Positions 13,010-25,716 of a stretch of 64,000 nucleotides of DNA are shown piece by piece. The DNA is from Camelus dromedarius. Taxonomy: Eukaryota. A program made the translations under genes and the position numbers. The stretch lies in contig NC_087436.1 in assembly GCF_036321535.1 (NCBI RefSeq), forward strand, positions 49,106,001 through 49,170,000, written 5' to 3'. Position 1 is the first letter of the stretch; the number at the start of each line of letters is the position of its first letter. The notes beneath the pieces are model-generated. The model ran no database searches, was not told where the DNA came from, and saw only the letters and a list, made by a program, of their open reading frames with translations.

Positions 13010-13650
13010 ATACACCTGGTGTCACCATCGCCTCCCGAGATCTCACACTCCCCTCAGCACCGTTTTTGCCCATATGAGACCCTTTTAATGGCTTCCTGTT
13101 GCTAAAGGGGTAAGATGTAGACTTCCTCGGTAGCTCCTCAACCCTGCATAACCCGGCCCCGCCTCTCCAGGCTGGTCCCGCAGCCTTCATCCTGCCTCAG
13201 GTCCATTCCACCTCGGCAGCTGCTCCAGTTGCCCTTGTCGCTTCCACACTAAGCCTTCCGTCACAGGGCTATTCGTTGGTTCAGTACACGTGTTTCGGGT
13301 ACCTGACTTTTGCCAGGCCATGTTCTAAGTCCTGCAGGTAAAGCAGTGGTAAAAGTGACAACAGTTCTCCTGGGACTTTTATTCTGGGCAGAGAGATAGT
13401 ATAGTACATCAGATGGTGACAAGTGTGTGGGAGAGAAATAAAGCAGCAGGTGGGGCTGGGGTGGGTGGGACTGTTGCCATTCAGAGAGGGGGAAGGCCTC
13501 AGCTAGGAGGTGGTACCTGAGAGAAGACCCAAAGGAAGTGAGGGCCGCCCAGGGGGACCCAACAGGAAACAGCAAGTATAAAGGTCCCCGAGGTGGAAGG
13601 ACGCTTAGTGTGTCTGAGTGACAGAAAGGAGGCCAGTGTGTCTAGAGTGG
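13010..13650. mobile_element. L2 fragments (one + piece, then one - piece)
   Basis: L2-like ttttaatggcttcctgttgct...; ggaaggcctcagctaggaggtggtacctgag...gaggccagtgtgtctagagtg. Confidence 0.6.
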
Positions 13651-13959
13651 AAGTGAGGAGGAGGAAACAGACTTGTATTCTCTCTGCCATTCTCAGCCAG
13701 ATTTTTACTGCCTTTTTAAACCCAGACTCATGATGTAGCGTGTGTATGCGTGGGTTAGTCTTCAGCAAAAGTGTACACCATAGATTGCACAGAAGCTATG
13801 TGCCAAACAAAAATTAACTGTGTCGATTAATGTTTGTAAAAAATTGAAATTAAGCCAGTTGTTTATGGATAAGGTAATTGTACCTAATGCCTTTTTGATT
13901 CATTGTGCATGTTAAGACAGATTGAGTCCGTTAAAATGAAAGTTAGACCTGGTCCCATG

Positions 13960-14420
13960 TATGTTTTTGATCTCATGTCCGACTTTTCCTCTTGCTGCTC
14001 TTCCTGCTCGCCCATCCCTATACAGCCTTTTCACAATTCCTCTGAACAATCCTGCCTCGGGCCTTTGCACCCACTGTGTCCTCCAGCTTGGAACACTCTT
14101 TCCCTCCTTAGATCTTTGCTCATCAGTTGACTTTTTGATGTCTGTTCAGAACATCCTGTACAGTTTTAACCCTGCCTCCTGTACTCCCATTTCTCCTCCA
14201 TACTTAATTTTTTCCTTTTTCCATTACAACTACCAACTTCTGACATGCCAAATAATTTAGTTATTTATTATGTTTGTTGTTAATTTCTTCTAGCTAAAAT
14301 GCAGTCTTTGTGAGGGCAGAGATTCTGTCTGTTTTGTTCACTTATGTCTTCTGAGTTAACTCCCCAGCTTAGTTTCTGGCACAGAGGAGGTGATCAACAT
14401 GTATTTTTGGAGTGAATGAA
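13960..14420 (+). mobile_element. L2 3' end
   Basis: cctcgggcctttgcac...gtgagggcagagattctgtctgttttgttcac...gagtgaatgaat. Confidence 0.75.
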
Positions 14421-15239
14421 TCCATAAATACATTATATGTGTTGCCTTTGGTTCATAGGCATGTATAGGTAGTTGGATTTTGCTCTTCTCTTATGATTTG
14501 TCTTGTAACAGCAGGAAATTTGTTCAGAGAAGTTACCAAGCCAACCATGCTTAGAAGAACATTTAAGCAGCAGAATACTGTTTAAGTAGAAGCCTCTCCA
14601 CTTAGCTTGTGATTCATCAGTGTGCCCTCATTATTTCAGACCTTCAGCTGTCTAGACTATTTAATAACTTCTCCTGCACTAGCAACAATGCCTTCCTCGA
14701 AGTTTGAGTTTGGACTGGGCAAAAATCATCTTTGTTCATCTTTTTCCACTTGTTGATATATCTCACACATTATTCAAGTTCTGACTTTCTGCATGAATAT
14801 TTAGAAGACCTGCGTGAACAATGTTAACTCACTAACCCGTGGTGAGTGTCAGCAGTATTATCTTGATGATGACACTGTTGCTACTGATATTAGCTGTTAA
14901 TAGCAGAACAGCTGGTAGAGTCTTTTGCTCCAAATTAAAGCTGATAAAGTGCAGGTAGTGGCTGAGTAGATCTTACTTCTTTTGACTTGGAATAGAAATC
15001 CTGACTGATCAGGAAGTAGTTCTCAAGAAGCACCTGAATATACAACTCTGTACAATTCAGTGATTTTTTTCAGAGAGACCAAAGGACCAGAGCATGGTGA
15101 TTACAGACGCATTGGTTAATATTCATAAGACTGTAAGGTAATGATCTCAAACATCTGCATGAAGATGAATAAGATATGTCTTAGGCTAGATCAATAATCT
15201 GATTTATTTATTTTTATAGCTTTATAGCTGTCCTTTGTA

Positions 15240-15720
15240 TGACTTTAACATTATTTGTATTCCTGTTAATAAGTTGTTTTTAACTTTTTGCTTTTTGTGG
15301 GTCCATACTAAAATTTTTCTATGTACATTGTATATGTAGGTATATATTGCTATGTATATACCTGAGTCAGATTGCTAAATTGTGAGTTACACACCTATTT
15401 TACTTTATTAGGTATTTCCAAATTGTTTACAAAAGACGTCGTAACGATATATTCTCCCACCAGCAGTAGGGTTCCAGATGCCTTACCTCATTAACAGTAT
15501 TTGGCATTATCAGACTTTTAAGTTTTTTTAAATAGTGTCTCATTTTGGTTTTAATTTGCAATTCTGTGATCAGACTGGGTATCTTTTCTTCTATTTATAA
15601 ATCATTCATATTTCTTCTTTAAATTACCTGTTCCTGTCTTTGACCCATTTTGTATTGAGTTGCCTTTTTTCTTAGTTACTTGTAGAAGTTATTTCTAAAT
15701 TCTGGATGCTAATCTTTTGT
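15240..15720 (-). mobile_element. Old L1 (L1ME-like) fragment
   Basis: ctcccaccagcagt...ctcattttggttttaatttgc. Confidence 0.6.
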
Positions 15721-17009
15721 CCCTTTTGTGAAACAGATACTAAGATTTGGAATTTCCTTTTCTGGATATTTCTTTTCCAACCTGACTGCTTTTCTAGTTG
15801 TTTCTCTGCCTAGTTGTACACTTAAAGCTCCACTAGAGGGAGTAATTAAAGTTTTAATTTGTCAAGATTTCCTCTCCTGGTGATTGCTTGAAATTATACT
15901 ATATTTCCAAATTAAGTTAGGAGTCATTTAGTATGAATCTCTTTTTGTAGTGAAAAACCAAGCCCTGGAGATATGAAGTGTGAAAGGCAGGACTGGAAAT
16001 ACAAAGAGCCAGTTGGTGTTTCTGCTGGTAAGGGAAATCATGAACTGGCCCAATAATTGACAACATGGTTATAACATAAGAATTTTGTATGTGTCTACTT
16101 ATTTCCTCAACAGAAGAAACTAAGTTGATAGGTAATATTGAAAGTGGAGTTCTGAAGGGAATGTAGACCAATCAATCAACAGAGAAACCCACCAAAACCA
16201 AATGGAGTACAACTTGCATGAAGACAGTTTTTGTGTCGGTACAAGGAAGGACTGTTGTAAAAATTAACACTGATCAAAATGGGCTAAGTTATCTCATGAG
16301 TCTGAGTGCTTCCTGTTCACTGGTAGTATTTGTGCAGATTATGAATGACCACTAACAGTCACAGAATTCAGGGCTAGGATGTATCCAGCAGTTGTCTTAT
16401 TTAAGCCATTCTTTTGTAGGTGAGGAAACTGAGGTCTGGATGTTTTGGCCAAGGTAGTTTCTGGCTAAAGTAGGACTAGAATCTAGATATCTTCCTCGAG
16501 GCCAGAGTGACTTCTAGCCTGTGACGTTTGCTCTTCTGAGAGTGGGAGTGAGATTCAGGAAGATTTGAGAAAGGGTTCCTGCATTAGGAAGGAGGAACCT
16601 CTCAGCCCTTTTCTGCTTCTGCTTCTAGGTTTACTGATTCCAATTATACCTCAATCCCATCTTGCTTTCTCCAGCACATTAAGGTTGATTTTGTAGCATT
16701 TCTGACGAAAGCTACCCCATTGTTAACATGATGTTCTTCAGGGTGTTGACTGTGTCCTGTTCATTTCTGTTTCTATCTCCTGGCCCAGAGTAGGTCATCA
16801 ATAAGTCTTTACTCAGTGAATGCATACCTGGTAATAGAATACAAGAAGCAGTAAGGGGAGCAATGGGAAACAACAGAACCTCTGTAGGAAAATATACTTA
16901 GGAGATTCTAAGAGTAACAGAAGGTATTAAAAGAAGAGAATCATGAATAAGATTATATCCAAAAGTAATTGCCATTCAACTACTATTGTTATCAAAACTT
17001 GGGCATCAT

Positions 17010-17240
17010 AACATAATGATTAAGAGCACGTGTTCTAATACCATTGCCAGCATTTAGAAACTGAGCTTGGATGAATTTAAACTCTGTGTGCTTCGGTGTA
17101 CCTATCTGTACAATGGGGTTACTAACAGTACATTCTTCATGGAGTACATGTGTGTGTAAGTCTGTGTGTGTCACTTAGAAGGGTGTCTCTCACCTATAAC
17201 CAGTATGTAAGATTAACAGTTATATTTATTATTCTTACGT
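17010..17240 (+). mobile_element. MIR SINE
   Basis: tttaaactctgtgtgcttcggtgtacctatctgtacaatgggg. Confidence 0.65.
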
Positions 17241-18302
17241 TTTTATTGGTAATGTTAGTATTTGGGGTAGTGAAATGTTATTAGACTTGGTTTGCTGATT
17301 TTTTTTTAATTTTTTTGGTGAGGATGGATCAGTTTATTCCTGAATATGTTATAATTAGGATCAGAAGAAAAAATACAGTAGTTTATCTAGGGTTTAGTTA
17401 TAAATAAGGATCCATTTTAAATTATCTTTATAAAATTAGAGGAGCCAAGCTTGGATAGTCTGAAATTCTAGAGAGCATTCTTGAGATATCATAGCCTCTG
17501 CACATCTTGTAAGTGTAAATCTGAGAGAAGTAATTTCAGGGAACGTCCTTAGTTCCATTTAAAATCAGCTCACTATGAGGCTTTGGGGAAGGATAGTGTC
17601 TAGGGGATATTTAGATTTGATAACAAATTTCTGTTACGTTATTTGTTGATAAAAATGCCCATGGATGTATTTTGTAGGCGACAGGGTGTAGTTTTTCAGT
17701 AAACTGAAGAGTTGGCATCTTTTCACTTTTTCTTGCAAGTCTTGAGCTTTGATAACAAAGGTAGAGGATTTTTAAAATGGAATGAAATGGGGCAAAAATG
17801 GATTTTTCTTTTTTTGGTAGAGCTGTCTTGTTCTTGAAGGGAGAACCGGGTTTGTTCTAGTAGAAGTCATTTAAAGTACAGGAAGTTTATTTTCAAATCT
17901 GGAAAGCCATACCCAGTCCTGGTGCCATGCCAGGGGAAGCGGTGCATGGTGGAGACATCAGTCTAGACCCTGGAAACAAGGGCAGAGACAGCGGGAGCAT
18001 CTGAACTGAAGCTCTAGTAAAAGTAAGCGTGAACTTAGACACTGACTAAACCTGGAGGAGGCGTCTGTGTGGAAATACACAGACAAACAGGAGACTGAGG
18101 GAGGAAATAGTATAAATCTGCTTTAATTATTATGATGCTTAGGGATGTACTGGCCTGTTGACATTGAACCTGTTGAATTTCTGAGAATTCTTCCCTTGGA
18201 TCGTGGCTATCTGTAAAACTTCATGATCATGTGGAAAGATTAAGATACATTACAGTGAGTATTAACCTACATCTTTGCTTCCCCCACCCCTCTTTTTCTT
18301 AG

Positions 18303-18389
18303 ACTTGGGAAGATCCCAGTCGAAAAGATAAGAGCACAGACTGCTGTGGAGATAATGATCCTATCGACGTCTGTGAAGTCGGCTCCAAG
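18303..18389 (+). CDS. PPA2: PPA2 exon 6 (87 nt), containing the PPase signature GDNDPIDV
   Basis: ctttttcttag|ACTTGG...TCCAAG|gtttgt; encodes [29 protein letters not shown]. Confidence 0.97.
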
Positions 18390-18999
18390 GTTTGTGTCGT
18401 AGGCTGTGGTATTGTAACGTGTTCTGCTGTATTCATGCTGAGGAATTTCAGTTCTCATTGGAAGGCACCGCCCCTTCAAAGTTCTAGCCTATCGATCCCT
18501 CTGATATCAGCCCTCTTTTGTATCTTTACTTCCTTCACTTAAACTCGGGTTTGGTGAGCTATAGCCCAGGCCAGTCAAATCCAACTCACCCCCTGTTTTT
18601 AGAAACGGCAGAACTGTGGGTTATCTTACCATTGCCTACAGCTGCTCCTGCACCACAACCGCGCTTGAGGAGGGCAGCAGAGAACATACAGTCTGCAAGG
18701 CCTGAAGCCTTCACTACCTGAGCTTTTACAGGAGAGGTTTGCTGAGTCCTGTCTTCTAATTCCTGCCCCGTTTTCCAGACAGGAGGTTCAACACTGATGA
18801 AAGTCAGTTCATACTCTTTTCTTGTGCATGCTTCCAGGTCACCAGGTCCCACTGGGGACAGACAAAACCTCCAATTCCATTGGTTGCTGCTGCCATAGCC
18901 TTCTGTGTGTCTTTGGTCCATCCTGTCTCCTGTTTCCTGCTGCATTTATTGCTAATGTTTATTGTTCTCTGCAGACATTAAACTCCTTTTCCCCTTAGA

Positions 19000-20460
19000 C
19001 TGCCAGACATCTATGTCTACAAACACTGTTTCTTCCCTTCTTTCTGTTACTATGAGACCAGGGCTGGTTTTTATCCAAGACCCAGGTTTCCCTCTGTGCT
19101 CCAGATCCTGTCGCCTCCTGCCTCTTGAGTGACGGTATTTTCTTAGCTCTTCTTTGTCCCGTGTTTACAACTTCTTTTTCTTTATTGGCTTCGTCCCACA
19201 TGCCTCCTCTCTTCTTCCTTTTCATAAGAAGACTTGTGAAAAGAGTTTAAACACTTAGCTGTCTCCTCCTTCCCCCTTGTTCTTCATCTTATTTCAAAAT
19301 TGTTTCCATCCCCCCCGTCATTTCAATGAAACTGCTCTTACTGAGGCCGCTGGTCACTTTCTTTTAACCAAGTCCAACAGGCCTGTTTCATAGGTTTTGT
19401 CTAACTTGAATATACCTTAGGATTTTATACCTTTAACCTTGTCTTCCTTCTTAAAACAGTCTCTTCACCTGACTGATTATATCATAGGATCTTGGACATC
19501 CTCTAATTCTGGTTCCTGCTTCGTTTCTTTGGTAACCTCCTTTTCGTCTGCTGCCCCTTGAGCATTGTTTAGCTTGAGGGTTGTGCCCTTGTTCAACTCT
19601 TCCTCTCCTCCCGTGGGGACTGCCTTGGTGATCCAATCCCAAGCATTCCTGATTTTGCTGTCTAATTAATATCTCCAGCTCAGACCTGTGTTCTCAGCCA
19701 CCGACATCTACATGCAGGTGTCTCCCATGCATCTCAAACTCAGTGTACAAAACTGAATTCAGTATTTTCTCTTATGACACCTGTCCCCCTTCCCTCCTCA
19801 CCTCTAGATTCTTAAGCCAAGCTGAGGTATCTTGGGGCATCTTTGGCTTCCCCTTGTCCCATTGATCACGAAGTCCTGATTCTGTTCTGAACAGCCTTCC
19901 ATTATCACCGCAGCTAGCCTTGTCTGTCCCCAGTTACATCCCACTTGAATTACTCCTACTACTGACCAGTTTCCCTGCTGAACCTTATTTTCCCTCCTGT
20001 CATTTATTCCAGACTCTCTTCCTGCTTTTCTCTTTTTTAGTGCCTGTCCCGCCTTCGTTTCTGGCTTCATCTCCTGCCCTCTTCGTTGTCACTGCCCTGC
20101 GGCTGTGCTGAACTTCAGGTCTGCAGCTCTATCGGCTCTTACTCGCGTCCAGGCCTCCACAGCCTGTCCCTCTACATAGAATGGAACATTCTTCCTCCTT
20201 CACTTGATCTTCCTTCCCCCTTCTTTCACTTCACCTCTGCCTGCTCGTCCCTCAGATCTCGACTGAGATACCGCTTCCTCTCGGAAGTCTCCCCTTACCC
20301 TCGTGGACCGCGGTGCGGGCTCCCTGGTCTGTGCCCCTCAGTACTGAGAGTGCTGGGCGCTGGTGTGGTCCTGTCTGTGAGGCGGCAGTGAGCTCTGTGG
20401 GGACAGGATTCAGCGCCTCACACAGCATCTGCTCGCGGTAAGACGTCTCCAACCGAATCA
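19000..20460 (+). mobile_element. L2 (long fragment running to the 3' end)
   Basis: tgaaactgctcttactgagg; atctccagctcagacct; catctcaaactcagtgtacaaaactgaattc. Confidence 0.75.
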
Positions 20461-20609
20461 CTGCTCAGATCGTGTTCTTCTAGCTGAGATTAAGTCAGTT
20501 CTCACTGGAAACCTGTGTCAGTGCCTGTAGGCTCCTAGACTTGTTATCTAGTAAGTAGTTTCCTCGGATCCTCTGTCACTTTTTTTATGTACTGTATTGT
20601 TTTGTTACT

Positions 20610-20812
20610 ATTCTCTTTTCTTTCTCTTCTTCCTTCTTCTCCTTCCTTATTCCTCTGCCTCTTTTTCCTCCTCTTCTTCACCCTCTCCTTAGACTTTCTG
20701 TTCCTTCTCTGCTTTTTCTCCTGTTCTTCCACTTCCTTCCTCTTCTTCCTGGTTCTTCTCTTCTCCCACCCCCTTCCTCCCTCTTCCTTTCCTTTCCCGC
20801 CTCTTATTCCAT
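20610..20812. repeat. CT-rich low-complexity polypyrimidine tract of about 200 bp
   Basis: Almost only C/T on the + strand; source of the spurious ORFs 20544..20831 and 20587..20850. Confidence 0.9.
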
Positions 20813-22233
20813 TCCTGGAGGAGAGGGCCACATCCCACTCAGAGTTCTAGTTTTATACCCGGTTAGGGACACACAGGGGCTCATTTGAGTGTATGTGTGT
20901 GTGTGCGACCCTGTAATTCCTCTGTCTCTCCAGCATAAATATGGCCAAGCTGTTTGCTTTCTTTCAAATTTAAGCTATAGTTTAAAAGTTTATTTTGGGA
21001 CATTTTTAGTGAGAACCTCCTCTGCTCCAGATGCCATATTATATACTCTGGTCACTTTCCAGTGTTGTATTTAATGATGAGAAGAGTCACTAAATTAAAT
21101 GACATTACACTGATAGAATGTCTATAGAGTAGAAAACTTATTCTGAGGGTGTAATCCTTGGGGCCACTCAGTTCATATTAAGTACAGATTATTAAGTTAA
21201 TTTAAATTCTTATGCAGATATTAAGGGTGAATGAAAAGATTAAATGAAAATGTCTTATTTTCACTTTTGTAAAAATTTGTCAGTGAGCATGTAATTAATG
21301 AAATTGGTAACTGGAAATCATGAAAATCTATGTACCTGATAAATTTATTTGACTTAGTAATACTAATTCATTATTGAAAAAGCAAATGAATCCAAGAAAA
21401 CGTGATATACAGACTTTTAAATAAACCTGTCAAAGTCACTAAATAAGTGGATCAAAATTAAAATTTTCAAATGTAAGTGATTTTTAATAAGATATTAATT
21501 AATCTTGAAAGCATACTTTTGTATTTTACGTAGGAAAGTTGGTACATAGTAGGTGTTTAGTACATTATTACTGAAAATATATTGACTAATTATTGTTGTA
21601 TTTTGTGTAAATGTAATATTAATTAGAAATGACCAAGCGAATATACTGCTGGTTTAATGTTGATCAGAATATTGCGAGGTATAGGAGAAATTCTTACGGA
21701 CCAAGAGCTACCAAGAGAAGGGCAGACATCCTTGAATGATAAAATAATTAGATGTTATATAAAAGGGAAAAAAAGGGTTTCTGTGTACTGCCATTGCCAG
21801 TAAATAAAATATAGTTTATTTTAGAACGTATCATTTTATAGGTCTTGCTACTATGTAAACCCAGTAATTACTAAAACACTTTTTTTCCTTCCATGGAAAC
21901 AGGTTTCTTATTTTTGCCTGGTTTTATTCTTATCTTTGACCCAGACTGCTTCAATTTTTAGGATTTCTTTCTTTCAATAATATGTTTTTCAAGAAAATTT
22001 TAATTAGTTATAGTCATAGAGGTTAAGTATAAACCTTCCCTCACAATCCTGCTCTCCCAATAAATCATATTATTTTAATCTTTCCATGTTTTCTTCTTTC
22101 TTGGATAAATATGTAAACATTTTAATTTTGTTGGATATTTTTTCCAGTTTGTTTCCTGTTAGATAAAGTTGATAAAGTTAAACGTTTTCCTGAATGTAGC
22201 CTTTTCTTTTTAGTTTCTTTTGGGATAGCTGCC

Positions 22234-22816
22234 TGTGGTAGGCAGAGTTCCTAAAATAGCCCTCAAAGTTGTCAGTCTCTGGAATCTGTGAATATGGTAA
22301 GATGTTACTCCCTTAATTATATTATTTTATACAGCACAATTACTTTAAGTAGGAAGATTATCCTGAATTTCCCATGCAGGTCCATGGTAATTACACGAGC
22401 CCTTAAGAGCAAGGAGTTTTCTCCGGCTGGTGGCAGAAGTCAGAGGATGGGATTGTGAGAGGAACTGATATACTATTGCTGCTTTGAAGATGGAGGAAAG
22501 AGGGCAGGTGAAAAGGAATGTGGTTGGCTTCTAGTTGCAGAGAGCAGTCCCTGCTTGACATCCAGCAAGTTAAGGGGGACCTCAGACCCGCAACTGCAAA
22601 GAACTGAATTTGAGGGGATTCTCCTTTAGAACCTTCAGATCAAAGCCCAGCCTGGCCAGCACCTTGATTTCAGCCTTGTCAGGCCATAAGCAGAGAACCT
22701 AGCCATGCTGTGCCTGGACTCCTGACCCATGGAAACTGTGAGATAATAAATTTACACTCTTTTAAGCCTTTAGGTTTATAATAATTTGTTACGTGACAGT
22801 AAAAACCTAATATACA
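22234..22816 (+). mobile_element. MLT1 (D/E-like) solo LTR, ERVL-MaLR
   Basis: tgtggtaggcaga...gctgctttgaagatggagg...gaaactgtgagataataaat...taatataca; TG...CA termini. Confidence 0.85.
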
Positions 22817-23583
22817 GGATAACAGGCTTTCAGCAATTTTAGTTTCCGTGGTTTTTTATATTGATTGGGTCCAGTTGAAGTTTTACTTCATTCTTCAGAT
22901 TCTGAATCAGCACAGAACTTCTGTTGTGGGCCACTGTTCTATTCTGCTCGGTCCAGGTCCCCAAGAGTTAGCAGTTGACAAATGTGAGCTGCCAAGTACC
23001 TGCAGAGCCCAGAGAGAACAAATACCGTCTGGAGGGGACCTCTTACGTTCTTGTTCATGCATCTGTGGTTTCTTTTGCTCTTCATCTTTACATCAAGGAA
23101 TAAGTGATACAGTCTTCATTTTACTGTTGAGAAACTAAGTCCTACAATACCGTGTGGAGTAATTGGCCTCAGGCGCCTTCTAGGAATGGTGGAGGAAGAA
23201 TTCGACCCCACATATTTGTGACTTAAAAATCGTATCTTTTGAAATGCTTTTAGAATAGCTGGAAAAGTCTATAATAACCTTATTCTGATTCTGCTTAAAA
23301 CCTTTGAGGCATGTCTATGTTCTTGTTTCAGAATGTCAGCTCATTTTTGAAACGTGGTCAGCTATGTAACTCCCAGGGAATTAGTAACAGAATCTGCTGT
23401 GTACGTTAATTTCCTCACAGAGTAGACTGAGAGTTTTAGAATGGAACTGAGAAAATAGGATTCATCTTATATGCAAGCAGTTTTAGTTAATGAGATCCGA
23501 AATAATATTTAGTAAATACGAAGCAAGTACGTAACCACCCTCTAAACAGTAGGTCTTCGTTGGGACTGCGCTCCTTTGTCTTG

Positions 23584-23613
23584 TGCCTGGCTATGCCTGG
23601 CTATGCCTGGCTA
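23584..23613. repeat. Tandem repeat (tgcctggcta)x3
   Basis: Three perfect 10-bp units. Confidence 0.9.
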
Positions 23614-24194
23614 GTCCTTAAGTCATCTGTAAGGAGCGTCGTAGAAGAAAGCCTCTTTTAACACCACATTGTGAATGGGCAAAGGGAAAGGAGCAGAGTC
23701 CTGGAATTTCATAATAGACTTAGAATCACAGGCATAGAAGTTTTTAAGGTATAAGTTCTTTGAGAAGTATTATTCATTTGGTATCTAACCAGATGTGTTC
23801 TGCATAAATTTGTTGAACTGCTCTAGACCAAATTGAGTTGTATGTAGGGTGTTCTTAAGAATTTTACCATTTGTTCCTAAGTATCTTATCCTGAGTTTTT
23901 GGTTTGAGAGAATTTCCTTTCCAGTTTTTAAAGGTGTTATATAGCAAGGCAGGGGTGTGTCTAATCCCTTTCTGTTGCTTATGAGATCAGAGGGCATTTA
24001 TCATTCTGATGCAACGTGATAATCCCCAGACATGCTTCTTGCTTGCCCTTGTAACTATAAAAATCTCAAATCTGCTCTCACGCTGTATGAAATTTCAAAA
24101 TAAGTATGAATAAAAATCAAACAATTCAGAATATGCCTTTAAAAGCTATATGTGATCCCCAGTAACTCCGATTGACACCCCTGCCAGCGGGGTC

Positions 24195-24392
24195 TCTGCA
24201 GGCTCCCCAGCTTTGGCACTGTTGACATTCCAGGTGGATGATTCTGTTACAGGAGACAGTCCTGTGCAGCATCCCTGGCGTCTTCTGTTAGGTGCTGATA
24301 ATACCTCCCCAGTCGTGACAGCCAAAAATGTCCCCAGACATTGCCAGATGTCCTCTAGAGGGCAAAATTGCCTCTGGTCGGGAACCAGTGAT
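24195..24392. mobile_element. MER20 hAT MITE
   Basis: ggcactgttgacatt...gtgacagccaaaaatgtccccagacattgccagatgtcc...gggcaaaattgcc. Confidence 0.85.
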
Positions 24393-25589
24393 CCAGTTTA
24401 TCACTGCGTAAATCAATATAGCCAGCCTTTCATTGATGAGTGTGTGGTAACTTTGACTTTGAACACTTTTGTTTTATAAAGGACCTCCTGGCATGAGGTG
24501 TGTAAGTCTCCCCAACAAGATTGTAAACCTTTAAGAAAGGGGATGCTTTCTTTTTGTATACCCAGTGTCTGATACAGTGCTGGATACTTAGTGGAGCCTA
24601 AACATGTACGAGTCTGATTAATATAATTGCGCATATTTTCCCAAAACTGGTATTTCAGTTTAGTTTATACAGTCACACTAATCTGTTGTGTAAACTAATT
24701 ACAACTTCATGTAGGTTTATATTAAGATTTTAGATTCATTTTGCAAATGTTCTGCAAGGATTTATTTGACGTTATGGTATAAGATCTGGTTTTTTCTCTC
24801 AAATAATTTGAAGACACAACAGTGGATTTCTTTTGCAAGCCACGATTTCCAAATGTAAAGCTGCATTTTGAATCACGAAGGAATTATTCTGAAGTGTGTG
24901 TTCAAATTTCAGCTTACAGTGAAATTCTATAGCTAACTAGACCTTTAAAAATAAAAGGCTATAGAAAGAATGCATGGATATAAACTTGGCATTGGCAACT
25001 GGAAGGAACCACTGAAATAACTTTCTTTAGCACAAGGAACATCTGCTTCAACATCATGCTGTTTCTTGGTTTCCTTCAAAATCTCTTTAAAGCATTTTAT
25101 GAAACCTGCTTTGTCTGTATCTTTAACATATTTATATATTTCTTTGTCACTCATTATCTTCTTAAGGCTATATTCGAATATGTTAAAAATTTACTTTTAC
25201 TGGTAACTGATAAATATGGTTTGCAGAAAAGCTACTGTGGAGCAGTTTCAAGGGATTCTCATGTCTCTTTACCCCTAAGCAGCAGAAGCCAGATTTATAT
25301 TATGCCATGATATACTTGGGTTTATTTTCTGTTTAGTATGAGTTTCTAGGCCCAGTACATTAAATTTTAAGATCTCTAAGTAACTTCAATTTCCAAAAAG
25401 GGATCAAGATACCTATTCTAAAAAAGGGTATCATAAAAGGCTTTATGACTGTGTTTACAATATTTTTTAATTATTAAATTTTGTTACATTTCAGTCTATA
25501 GTTCTTTTAATCCTTCATATGGATTTTTATGATATATGAGTAAACTTTTCCAAAGCCTTGCAAATATTGAGGTTCTTTTCTCTTTAAAG

Positions 25590-25716
25590 GTCCTTTCTCG
25601 TGGAGATGTTATTCGTGTGAAGATCCTTGGGATTTTGGCTCTTATTGATCAGGGTGAAACAGATTGGAAATTAATTGCTATCAATGTAAATGATCCTGAA
25701 GCCTCAAAGTTTCATG
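25590..25716 (+). CDS. PPA2: PPA2 exon 7 (127 nt)
   Basis: ttctctttaaag|GTCCTT...TTTCATG|gtaagt; encodes [42 protein letters not shown]; lies inside ORF 25536..25748. Confidence 0.97.

Noticed and set aside
14500..15170. Hints of reverse-transcriptase motifs (QQYYLDDDT), possibly an ancient LINE
   Set aside because: Needs several frameshifts to line up, so it cannot be supported without a Dfam or HMM search.
20544..20850. Lys/Arg/Glu-rich and Phe/Leu/Ser-rich ORFs on opposite strands
   Set aside because: Both are translations of the CT-rich low-complexity tract.
25647..25670. DQGETDWK instead of human DEGETDWK near the active site
   Set aside because: The catalytic Asp and Lys residues are retained, and as I recall Q occurs at this position in other mammalian PPA2 proteins. 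Not evidence of lost function.
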